Below, in pieces: positions 39,516-50,418 of a stretch of DNA of 64,000 nucleotides. The notes beneath the pieces are model-generated. The model made no database searches. It was not told the DNA's origin and saw only the letters and a program-made list of their open reading frames with translations. A program made the translations under genes and the position numbers. This DNA is from Entomortierella parvispora E1425. Taxonomy: Eukaryota; Fungi; Mortierellomycota. Within the stretch, counting starts at the first letter, position 1, and every line of letters begins with the position of its first letter. The stretch is from NCBI GenBank assembly GCA_020891255.1, contig BQFW01000002.1, positions 2,418,001 through 2,482,000 of the forward strand, read 5' to 3'.

Positions 39516-41058
39516 AACCCAGTCCCTCTCGTCTATTTTAGAGCACGAAAGTGTAGAAAAAAGAAAAAAAAGAAAAAAGATTTATTTGTTGTTATTGTTC
39601 TGAACAAAACCCTTGCCCACCTTGCCACAGTGTTGACCCATGACCCGTGAAGAACCCTCAGAGAATGTTGGCGAAATCACTCCTTGCTGCACATGTCCCC
39701 CGTTTCGTCTTGACCCTTTCTACCCTGTCGCTTTGGTCACTTTCCCGCTTTTGACATGGTAGCGCTCTTCCAGTTCGCAGAGTTTGGCGTGGGCACGTCC
39801 AAGTTGTTGCCACCACTTTGACTTTGCCTTTTTTTTTCCGCTCTAAAAAGGAGGTCTCCCCTTCTTCCTCGAGGCCACAACAAAAGGCGCCTGATTGCCA
39901 GAAAAAGACGCAACCTCATGCACGCAGCAAAAGCGATTATTTGTGACGTCCCAGGGAAGTCTTCCTTTTCATCTTCACTTTCCACAGCAAAGTACAGAGC
40001 AAGTAGGGTCGATATGGGGCTCGTTTGAAGCGCTGGTCACAGACATAGATGGAACAAGAGGACAGACACTTTTAAAGGTAAAGCCGAGGAAAGGAATCAA
40101 GAAAGAAGGAAAAGAGAGAAAAAAAAAACTGTCGTTTTGTAGTTTTTTTTTTTTCTTCCCCCTTTATTTTGGTCTCTTGAACACAAAGGAAAAGAAGAAA
40201 GAGGACGCGGTCCGAGCGCGTGCCTGCCGACCTTGCGCAGTGGATAAGCATGTTCTCCTCAAATATGACACAGAGAGTCAGGCAGTTTGCTTTGTTCTTT
40301 TCTGCCTTTGCTCCTTCCAGCAAAGCAAAGCACTGCCATCCTGCCCTTCTTCTTCTCTCCTCCTCCCCTTATCCACACTCCAATCAGATCTGAATGTGCG
40401 TACTGCCCCCTACTTTTTTTTGTCTTTTGCATGCTGTGTGTGTGTTTATCTGTTTGTGCATGTGGTGTTGCGCGGCCCTTTTTCTCTTTTTTTTTGTTTC
40501 TCCTCTCCTCACCCCTCACTGGCACTTTTTTTTACCGTCCGCGCCCCCCTCCCTCTTCTTCTTTTCCCTTGCTCACAATACAATCTGCTCAGGGTGAGGG
40601 GAGTACATCACCCCATCTTGACCTGGGGCACACACCGCACTCTTTTTGTTTCCCCTCCAACCATTTTTGACCCCCTCGCTTGTCTACGGTTTTGAAAATC
40701 TCCGCTCCTACGCGTTTCTTGCTAGTTTCTCTCGCGTCCGGTCCTAGGAACACCCTCAGCGGTAATACCTTGTTTTCTTGCGCTTGTTTTCGTCTGCTTT
40801 TTTTCCTTTTCCTCGCTGGAGTCTTTTCCTTTGACCTTCTGAGGAAGGGGGGGACATTGTATCGTATCAGTGCCATATCAATTGCAAACATTTAAACATC
40901 TCATTTTGCAAGTCTCTCTTCTTTTTTTTTCCTTTTATTTCTGCTTTCCTTTCTTTTCTCTTGATATTCTTGCATCTCTAACTCCTACTCCATCTTTCTC
41001 TTCTCTTCTCTCTTTCAGATCACTCTTCCTACTTGAGCAAAAAAAAAGAAAGACCCTC

Positions 41059-44000
41059 ATGAACAGATCCATAGATTCCTCTGGTGCTCAACCGGATCAA
41101 CATCCGTTGGAACACTCTGACAGCAATCATGACCGTGACGCCACGAATCCAGGATTTGGGCTGCCATCGCCGGCTGCCCTGGCCAGCGTGGACACGGCGG
41201 ACTCTGTGCGCTCCCTCTATTCTGGCTACTCTGTCGATTCCTCGGTCGATGGCGGACCACCCTGTGTTCCCCAGGCCTCTCAAGAGGCCCGTCGTGCCAC
41301 TAGGAGTTCACTGCCCAGGCCTGCTGGACTGCATTCAGACAACTACCTACAACGCTCGGTATCTGCCCCCAGGACCCGCTCTGGCCTCAAACTCGGAACC
41401 GAACCGCTCTATCACGACCGTCTTCACTCTGAGGACGAGCTCAGCGACAAGAGCTACATCTTGAAGAACTTTTTCAAGTCCACTACCAATCTTCAAGAGG
41501 CACCTCGATCCCTTCCTCGTGCCGCTCCCGCCACGATGGGTCCTGCTGCTGACTCCAGACCACAGCAAAGAAGGAGCACTGCTCAGATGATCGCTGCTTT
41601 GCCACCCCCAGAGTCGCCTTCTTCAAAACCTCGCAGAAGAAGCACTCAAGGATGGATGTCTCCACCTCGGCCCCATCCCTACAAAAGTACTCGCACGCTC
41701 TGCAAGCCCCAACAGCCCCGACAGCCCCCACCCACCATGGCCAACAACTCTCACTCAGGTCAGAGCCCTACAGAGACGGATCCCGTCGCTCGACGCTTGT
41801 TCACCTCGGGACAAGAGCCGATGCAAATTGATCCTCCCAAAACTCTCCATAACAACCCCAAGACGCTCCATTCCGCAGCCGCCGCGTTGGCCTATATGAA
41901 TATCCAGCGCTTACACAACCGTCTAGAGGAGATTCATCAACAACGACAGAAACCAAGACTCCCACCGCAGCGGGCCTTCTCGGAAACAGACGCGCTTTGG
42001 GACGATGGCAATACGATTCCAAAGCCTATACCCATGGATATCAGTCACACTCCAAACGGCTCCAGGGAAGCCTCGCCGAGTCCTTTGACCCGTACCAGAA
42101 TGGTGGAAGAACAACAAGTGGATACAGTATTGACACCAGCCGCTTTGCCTACGCCCCCAAGACTCTCTGCGACACCACATGTACCCACCATGGTGTTGGA
42201 TGGAGAGGCTCAAGAACAGGAGCAACAGCAGGATCCACAACAAAAGAAGTACAAAGCTTCCAGCAAGGGCCCAGTTGATGACGTGGGAGGAGCCATGGAC
42301 CACGATAGCCATGTCCCTCTCCTAGCTGTGCGCAAGGGTGATGACGATATGGACGACGTTGTCTCTGAAAAGGCTCCTGAAGATCACGAACAAGAGCTGG
42401 AGCAAATACAGGCAGAGATCCAAGTGGCCTGGCAACAACTCTACGACGCTGAGGCCAACTTGATGTCAAAGCAGGAGCGAGAGCAGGCTGTTATGTTTGA
42501 GCAACAGATGCAGGCATTGAGAAACAAAGATCGAACCCTTCAACAGCAGCTGCTACAACAACAGCAACGACAACAAAGACAACAAAACTCATCGTCGTCA
42601 CCATCCCTAGCACCCAATCAGTATGTGCTGCCTAGGGCTCCATTGTTCAGTGATCATAATAGTCGGGGGAGCAGCAGTGACCCGTACCTTTGGGTATCCC
42701 AGGAGCTCTTTGCCTTTATGAAGCAGGGGTCCCGAGCGCAAACGCCAGCGTCCTCCATAGCACGATCTTTCCGCCAACAGGAACCCGGCCCTCAAACACT
42801 CTCCGATAAAGGGAAAGTAGTTCCAGAGCAGAGAAAATCGGCTCCTGTTCGCGAAGTCAAGGCAAAGACTCTGCGCATGGACAAGGGCAAAGGACCCAAG
42901 GTCAGGGAGAGTGCTCCGCCGGCGGATGACGCGTCCATGGTCGATCGCAACCGCCGACCGTCGTCTGTAGGCTCTCCACCTCTTGTAGGACCCAGTTCCC
43001 AAGGTCAGGATCACATGTCAGCAGCCAGGCAGCTCCGCAAGAATGTCCCCATTCAGACACATCAAGCCTCAGCACAGCCACGGCGACCTCATGGAAAAGG
43101 ACCTTATCTGGATCTCGGGATGCCCCCTGTCATCCCCAGCTCCGTTGGATCTGCCAGTGACCATGGCCATGCGGATGAATCCTCTGACTCGGACCCCTAT
43201 TTTCCCTATCTCCACCGCCCTCCTCTTCCTGTGCAGAAAAGGGACCCAACCCCTGTTCCGCTTGGAGCACGAAGACGTGATGAACGTCGTCAAAGTCAAC
43301 AACCCCAACGCCACCATCATCGGAGTCATCGTGGACATGTTGCTGTAAAGTCCCCTCGGATCACGAAAAGGCCATCTCCCACGCCACCTCCACCACGGTC
43401 ACCGCCGTCTTCACCCACCTTTGACCATTCGATCCCTTCCTCGGGATCTTATCCATCCCCGTCGGCCTCGCGGATAGTGCCTCCATCGTCTCAGGGGAGA
43501 GCCCGAACAGCACCAGTGCAAGCCCCTCCACCCCAGAATCCTGTCCAGCAACACGCTACGAGGGCGGTGGGTGGTTCACGTGCGCAGTCGCAGCCCCAGC
43601 CACAGCCAGAACGGGGCCTTGCTCCACAGCCGCCCCAGAGACATCACAAACAACAGCACCAGCACCACCAGATTGATAACCCGTTGATAAACCACTTTAT
43701 ACGCCACAGAGGGAGAGGCTCGTTCCTACCCTCCTTTGGTACCACTGCGGCAGGTACTAGGTCCAGTACTGGAGGATCAGGTTCTCAAGAGACCAGTGGT
43801 AGCGGCGGCGGCGCTCATCCTCCCTACAACTACAACTACTACTACATTGACAAAAGCAAGCATTATTATTTCGGCTCGCAGCCGACCCACACTCGGTCCT
43901 CGACGCCGACGTCACACCGGGGCCAGTTCAGCCAGCAGGATGAGATGATGGAGGACATTGATGATGGTAGCAGTGAAGACTGGGAAGATAGTGTGACCAT

Positions 44001-44172
44001 CTCCAATACTGAGGTCAACAACGGCAGCACGAGCGGGCTCCAAAAGCAGCAGGAGGAGGATTACCAAGAATATGGTGAATTAGAAGAGGAACAAGAACAA
44101 GAAGAGGAGGAGAAAGAAGAAGAACAAGAAGAGGAAGAGGAGGAAGAGGAAGAAGAGGAAGAGGAGGAAGAG

Positions 44173-44211
<39 letters not shown>

Positions 44212-44268
44212 CTAAGGCCAAAGTCAAATACGACTAGGAGGAGGTCATTCGAATCGCCCAATTACTAG
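41059..44268 (+). CDS. Uncharacterised, about 1070-aa, largely disordered protein with a central coiled coil and C-terminal poly-Glu
   Basis: Uninterrupted 3.2-kb ORF rich in S/P/Q/R, with a heptad-like segment (EQELEQIQAEIQVAWQQLYDAE...). No recognisable folded domain. Confidence 0.78.
44076..44210 (+). repeat. (GAA/GAG)n poly-Glu tract
   Basis: About 40 nearly consecutive Glu codons near the end of the 41059-44268 ORF. Confidence 0.95.
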
Positions 44269-44385
44269 GATCTTTTATTTTTTTTACTTCCTTTCCTGCA
44301 AGACTTTATATATCTTTGATCATGTCGTTCTTCATAAAGCGTCATTATACCACCATCGTAAACCACGCATCATGAGGCTATTTTG

Positions 44386-45774
44386 CTATGAATAGTTCCT
44401 CTCTCGTTCTTGGCGGTCTTGTTGTGAACTTGATCCAGAACGAGAGGAATGTGGCAAATCCACAAGGTGTAGCAAAAGAGGCGAGCCCATTCGCATTTGA
44501 GACGAGGGATGCGAATTCAACGAGTCAGCATCCGTCATGGTCGACATGGAGCGGCGTCGATTGTTGAGTGACGCCTGTTGTGAGTCATATATCGGGGACC
44601 TAGGATCCGCTGGTCCTCGAGCCATAGAGTCTCGAGACGAGAGGTACTGCAGCATCGGCAGGTGGTCCTCTTGGGCTTGATATCGATTCTTTAAGGCCTG
44701 TGATTGTGACCAGCAGTGTGGTGACGGAGGTAAAGGTCGGATGCCACAGGGCCGTGGTCTAGCCCGTGGTATAGGTCTTGTAACCGTTGGTGCGAGAGGG
44801 TGGACCTGCGATGTATCCATGCCGTCTTGAAGTCGATCCATATCCGCATTTTGCCAAGGATAGATAGTCTGGCTGGGCATGTAATAGGTGTTTTGAATTC
44901 CATGGGATTCCCGGTTGCGCGCCTCTTGCTGAATATCCTCTGCACCATGAACGAGGCTGTTTTCAGTGGCGACGCCTCCATAGTCTTCGACGCGATCTGC
45001 TTCAAGTTCAAAACCTCTCTGACCCCCTGTTGTCGAGCAGAGTGCTCCGGCACGAGCAACTTGATGCAGTTCAAGTTCCCGTTCAAAAGATTCTTGACTC
45101 CTAAGTGTAGGCGGGGCCATTCCTTCTTTCCCATGCAGCGCAAAGGAACTCGTGCCCTCAAACATTAACACCAAAGAAGCAATCCCTTCCAGCGTACTGA
45201 CAATCATTTGCACTAGACAAGGCCCAGTAGACAATCTTCCTTGGGTATCGACCACGCGACAGATTGACGACGTTGAGGTCGATGCGTGCGTTGCAGGCAG
45301 CATCACCAGAGTGGAAGAGATGGAAGAAGGGCTTCCTGTCACCAACATGATGAGGTAGCCATAACAGGAAACCATCATGAGCAAGACGGCAAGAACAAGG
45401 CCGATGGCCATCCGGATATGACGCGCGTACTTGTACCTTGAGAGAAATTGAAGAAAGGATGTCATTCCTGAGCCGGAATTCCGAGCGTCTGACGTCGATC
45501 GAATGAGGGAAGAGGAAGAAGATGGGGACGACGGCGAGGAAGACGAAGAGAAATAGAGAGCGTACTTGATATGGAGGAGACTCAGCGCTAGAAGGATGAT
45601 GTTTAGAGCGATCTGAGGCATGGGGAGAAACGACTGGTCATAGATCGCGAGACTCTCGCGAGAGGCACCTGCGCTGCTGAAAGTGAAAGAGAAGAGGACG
45701 AGGGCTAGACTGGAGGCAGAAAGATAGAACAGGATCTTGCGGACCAGCCGAAGCACCACTATCTGGGATGGCAT
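44386..45774 (-). CDS. Uncharacterised 4-TM (MARVEL/tetraspan-like) protein with a long disordered tail
   Basis: 462-codon ORF with four hydrophobic segments, a Cys pair before TM4, and an S/P/R-rich tail. Confidence 0.72.
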   Translation of the reverse strand: MPSQIVVLRLVRKILFYLSASSLALVLFSFTFSSAGASRESLAIYDQSFLPMPQIALNIILLALSLLHIKYALYFSSSSSPSSPSSSSSLIRSTSDARNSGSGMTSFLQFLSRYKYARHIRMAIGLVLAVLLMMVSCYGYLIMLVTGSPSSISSTLVMLPATHASTSTSSICRVVDTQGRLSTGPCLVQMIVSTLEGIASLVLMFEGTSSFALHGKEGMAPPTLRSQESFERELELHQVARAGALCSTTGGQRGFELEADRVEDYGGVATENSLVHGAEDIQQEARNRESHGIQNTYYMPSQTIYPWQNADMDRLQDGMDTSQVHPLAPTVTRPIPRARPRPCGIRPLPPSPHCWSQSQALKNRYQAQEDHLPMLQYLSSRDSMARGPADPRSPIYDSQQASLNNRRRSMSTMTDADSLNSHPSSQMRMGSPLLLHLVDLPHSSRSGSSSQQDRQERERNYS

Positions 45775-46082
45775 GATGAAGAAGGCAGGGTATTTTTTTT
45801 TTTCCTTTTCTTTTGTGGTCTGAGCGAGTGAGCCTAGACACGTTCACCTTTTTATCAGAACGCGTTTCTGCTGTTGTCCACACAGAGAAAGAGACATTGA
45901 GTGACTATTCGTTAAAGCGGAGGGTTGTGGTCACTGCATTGGACTGTAGGTGGACGTGGTCCTTTCTGAGTATCCGCGGTTGTCCGTCCTGGGAAATGCA
46001 GGGGGTTCTTTCTCCCTTCACCTGCGTGGGGCTGCAGCACGCCACCAAAAATATCCGCCGCGTTCAGTAGCGCGTTGCATGC

Positions 46083-47246
46083 TTGTCGCATGGGAGTGGG
46101 CTGTCGTGTCGACTCTTGTGCCACCCTGCCGGCGGTGGTTCTCATGGGGGCGCAGGGAACATGCATGAGGAAGACCTTGCTCCATCTCTTCATTTCCTCA
46201 TTCAGCCACAGTCCAATTCGCATCGTCTCCATTCACTCTGCATGGCATCTCAGATTGGCAGGGCTAATTCCCCGGCAGCAGCAGGGAGCGCCGAACACTC
46301 TTTGACAGAACCGGTACCGCCCTCGGGCATTTCCAGGCCCTCCTTCAGTTTAACAGCTGTAGATGCCACAATCTCCGAAACCCCGCATATCCTCAGCATC
46401 TGCCCATCAGAGACCACTGTGCCTGCCCCAGCACCTACCCATCTTGGCTACATCACCAACAAGGATGTTCGCGGCCTCTTTTCCAATCCTCAAACAGCGC
46501 CGATCATGGCGCGCTATTACAAAATCATTCGATACACGTTTCTGTTCTGCCTTCTTGGCCTACTCCTCGTCTTTTTTCAAATGTCCCATTTTGACCTCGA
46601 AGAAGCCTGGAACAATTTTCGACAGCCAGGCCTGCTTCAGCGATATTCCATGATCCCGTTCATTCTCTTTGCTGCCCTGTACCTGGGAGGCATCAATACC
46701 AGGAATCCCAACAACCGATTTGACATTGCATCCTGGGTGCACCAAAGAGGTTGGGTCATCCAGCCGCCGACCCCGTCCCCCGAAGTGCTGGAAAATATAG
46801 AGAGAAAACGAAGGGCACGTGCAACTCTCCTGGAGACCGAGGCTGGATCTTCCGCGACAGGAGCAAGAGAGGGAGCAGGAGCAGACAACCCTGCGCCGGC
46901 AACCTTACTCTCTGCAGCTCAGACGGCTGCATTGGTCGCGCCAGTCCTCGTTCTTAACCCCAGTCTTCACTATCTCTATGGTATTTTCACGTTTATGTGG
47001 GGAATCGATATTTCTCGACATGTGCTACAGCTGGAGAGCGTGTCGGACGCGGATCGGGATTTTGTCCTCATGACCATTGTGTGTGAGTCGATCATGGTGG
47101 CCATAGGAATAGGACAAATAGTCATTTTGGTGATCATAACAAAAAGGATCAAAGCCCTGCTCGACCACGAGCTGCTTCTAAAGCTGTCTGCAGCGGGGGT
47201 TGTCGATAACACCAGTACATGTAGAATAGAGACTGAACAAGTGTAG
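46083..47246 (+). CDS. Uncharacterised multi-pass membrane protein
   Basis: 387-codon ORF with about four hydrophobic segments (YTFLFCLLGLLLVFF; MIPFILFAALYLGGI; YLYGIFTFMWGI; FVLMTIVCESIMVAIGIGQIVILVII). The start is uncertain. Confidence 0.7.
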   Translation: MSHGSGLSCRLLCHPAGGGSHGGAGNMHEEDLAPSLHFLIQPQSNSHRLHSLCMASQIGRANSPAAAGSAEHSLTEPVPPSGISRPSFSLTAVDATISETPHILSICPSETTVPAPAPTHLGYITNKDVRGLFSNPQTAPIMARYYKIIRYTFLFCLLGLLLVFFQMSHFDLEEAWNNFRQPGLLQRYSMIPFILFAALYLGGINTRNPNNRFDIASWVHQRGWVIQPPTPSPEVLENIERKRRARATLLETEAGSSATGAREGAGADNPAPATLLSAAQTAALVAPVLVLNPSLHYLYGIFTFMWGIDISRHVLQLESVSDADRDFVLMTIVCESIMVAIGIGQIVILVIITKRIKALLDHELLLKLSAAGVVDNTSTCRIETEQV

Positions 47247-47312
47247 TTGCCATTTTTCTTTCTCGGATATTTTTTTTTAATTGTGAATGTTCTTTCTAGT
47301 GGTACTGAGCTT

Positions 47313-48024
47313 TCATTTGAAAACGGCCTGTCGGTAATACTTCAGTTCATTGATGGATTCTTTGATGTCATCCAAGGCACGATGGGCTTCCTTCTTTTGG
47401 GGGACGGCTTTGAACTCTTTTGGGTACCATCTCCGAGAAAGCTCCTTGATGGTTGAGACATCCACGATCCTGTAATGCAAATGTTCAATGATGGGATTCA
47501 TCTCCCGTTCCAAAAAGACCTTGTCCGCGTGGACACTGTTGCCTGCCAAGATTCCACGACGGGGCTCGGGGATATGTTTCTGAATGAACTTTAGCACCTG
47601 ATCACAGGCTTCTGCAGTGGTGATGGTGGATGCGATGACAGCTGCTGTCAAGCCAGACTGATTGAACAAAAAAAGAGAAAATTAGACGATATTCACCAGG
47701 CGTCGATCGAAATGACGGCGGGATTGTCTCGTTTTTGAAATTGACTTACGGCGCCATGGTGATCGACACACCATTCATTCATGTTGTCCATGACTTCCTT
47801 GGGTTGGTGGATAATCAGGTTAGGGCCCTAAAGGATGATCAGATAGAGACAAGTCATTTGCTTGAGTGTGTGTTGTTACAGGCACGATCTTGGTGCAAGT
47901 CAGGCAATACCTCTGCGACAATGTTCAGGTCATCGTCAGTGATGATGACGGCAATCTCAATGAGCTTGTCTGTGGCCAAAAGGCCAGTCATCTCGCAGTC
48001 GATCCAAACCAAGGAGGGAGCCAT
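47313..48024 (-). CDS. REX2: Oligoribonuclease (DEDDh), 3 exons
   Basis: [57 protein letters not shown] and [17 protein letters not shown]. Confidence 0.95.
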
Positions 48025-48489
48025 AGTTGTCAGTGATATGAGATGAGAATACGGAACTAAAACTAAAATTAGTGGCAAAAATAAAAGTGAGTCTGAATGG
48101 GAGTCCATGTGTATTCATTTTGTTCATGGGAAGGTCATTGCCCTTTTGTGATGCTGTGTTGTGCTTACCAAGTAGGTCCTTGTGTTTTCTAGGGACAAGA
48201 GGAAGAGACAGGGAAAGAAGGACGACGCGTTGTGGGTGTTCGCTTCTCCTTCAGACTGTCTTGAGCCAAAAAAAGAAAAAGACGCCGCAAGGGTCACATG
48301 ACCAGCTCCGATCAAACACGTCACTGTTTCGGCGAATGATCGCACGTGCTGCAGCTCTGGATGTTTTTGATTGACGCCGAAAATTTTTTTGTTTCCCGCG
48401 CGCGCACTGGCATCGAAGGGTTCTTTTTTTTTTTTTTTTTTGCTTCTTTCCCTTTACCTTCATCCCCCACCAACACCGTACTTTCTACC

Positions 48490-49539
48490 ATGCTCATTTA
48501 CACCGATATCATCTCTGGGTAGGCTATCCTTCACAGGAGGGACCTTTCTTGCTGTCTCTTCTCTCTCTCTCTCTCTTTGTCCCATCTCTCCTCCGGTCTT
48601 TGGTTCTTGTGTCTTGGATTGTTTCTTCATGGACTTGCATCGTGGGAGTGCACTCGGCTTGACGACACTAATTCACAGGATGACAACATACTCAACACGA
48701 TCAAGCTAGCGGACTGAACAGAGACTGTGGAGCAGTTATAAAGAACAGGCGATTGGTTACTCGGAGAGACCCACAAAGGCAGACGTGTTGCCACTCATAC
48801 CCTCGGGTCCTGCAGGAGAGCCGTACTACGATCAAGATATTCCTTGAGAATCTTTTTGCACCCCAAATCCCATGCGCGATTTTTTACCGTTCCCCCACTT
48901 CTCCGTTCTTCTTGGACCCAAAGCGCTAACAATCTATTTTTGGTTTCTTCCAATTCGATAGCGACGAGCTTTTCTCTGATGCCTTCGACGTCAAGGAGGT
49001 TGGCGGTGTCTACGAGATTGACTGTGCCATGATCCAGGTCAAGGAGGGTGCCGATGTCGATATCGGTGCCAACGCCTCCGCTGAGGAGGCCTCCGAGGAG
49101 TTGGAGGATGGTGTCTCGATCGTCAACAACGTCGTCTACTCTTTCCGTCTCCAGTCCACCAACTTCGACAAGAAGGGTTACACCTCCTACGTCAAGGGTT
49201 ACCTCAAGAAGCTCAAGGAGACCTTGAAGATCACCGACGCCGAGGAGGTCAAGAAGTTCGAGGCTGAGATGAAGGAGGAGGTCATGAAGATCATCAAGAA
49301 CTTCGGTGACTACGAGTTCTACATTGGTGAGGGTATGGATCCCGAGGCCACCATCATGCTCCTCAACTACCGCGAGGATGGTGTCACCCCCTACTTCACC
49401 GTCTTCAAGCGCGCTGTCAAGACCACCAAGGTCGTAAGTACCACCCTCCGTCGTGCCTATCCTTCACATGTGAATATGTCGTTCATGTTACCGAGGATCG
49501 CATCTCTAATTGCTTCTTTTTCTTTTTTTCTTGTAGTAA
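48490..49539 (+). CDS. TMA19: Translationally controlled tumour protein (TCTP/Tma19/Mmi1); exons 48490-48518, 48962-49433 and a stop-only exon 49537-49539
   Basis: MLIYTDIISG|DELFSDAF, VDIGANASAEE, EFYIGEGMDPEA and LNYREDGVTPYF. Strongly biased C/G-ending codons indicate high expression. Confidence 0.97.
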
Positions 49540-50301
49540 ATTTTTTCATTTTCTATCCTGAATATGAAGTGAACTTCTGTGAATTTCCGCTGCTAGACAA
49601 TAAACCAATTTTATCGAAAACTATTTTCCGTTGGTGCATCAGAATAGAGTGCTATGAGTGGGAAGAGGCTCCATGGGTCATGTTGGGCTGGCTGATAATG
49701 GGCAGTTTTGGTCTTGAGTGGCGTAGAGTGGTGTTCTACGCCGCAGAGTCTATTCCCTGACTCCTTCCGGTGTTTTTTCACCAGACGATCTCCAAGGACC
49801 TTCGCCTCTGCTAGCTGACATGTGGCAGCGACTTTGCCATTTTTGATCCTTTAATCCTTCGACTCTATCTTCGTGTCAATTTCATCAGACGTGTTGCAGT
49901 GGTTTGTTCACCTCTGCTCTTTTTTTTTTTTTTTTTTAACTGTTTTGCTTCCCCGTTTCTACAACCCTTTGATAGGCCATAGTCTGCTCGACTCAGCTTC
50001 CCCTGGAGCCCCTTAGTCCCTCCTTTCTCATATCCCTTGACCCTTGATATTTTGCCATCGGATTGTAGTCCTTGATGCTCTCTTTCCCATAACGCTTGGT
50101 CTTCCAATGCCCTCCTTTCCGAGTTTTCCTCGATTGGGCTTACCCCGTCTTTTATTTCTTCTGGATCCCTTGCCTTGATCTTTAGGATGTGGATTCAGTT
50201 CACTACCTCCTAGATTCTTGCCCAAACAAAAGCGGTCTCTCTTGTTGTACCTTATGTGCCCATGCCCGTATGGAACATTTCGTTTGTCATCCGCTCTCAA
50301 G

Positions 50302-50308
50302 TATAAAA
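50302..50308 (+). promoter_or_regulatory. TATA box upstream of the secreted Cys-rich gene
   Basis: tataaaa followed about 25 nt later by a C/A-rich leader, a short exon and a GTAAG intron donor at 50452. Confidence 0.55.
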
Positions 50309-50418
50309 GGAACCGCGCACACCCAGCACCCTGCACCAACACGCCTCTGATTCTCAACACTTGCAACTCTGGCAACTCTCACAACTCTCTTGCAACACCT
50401 CTGTCACCTCCAAAAGAG

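Noticed and set aside
48025-48108. In-frame upstream ATG giving REX2 a 28-aa extension
   Set aside because: That ATG appears to lie in a 5' UTR intron (GTAAGC donor near 48168, TAG acceptors near 48060-48066), and the peptide is not presequence-like.
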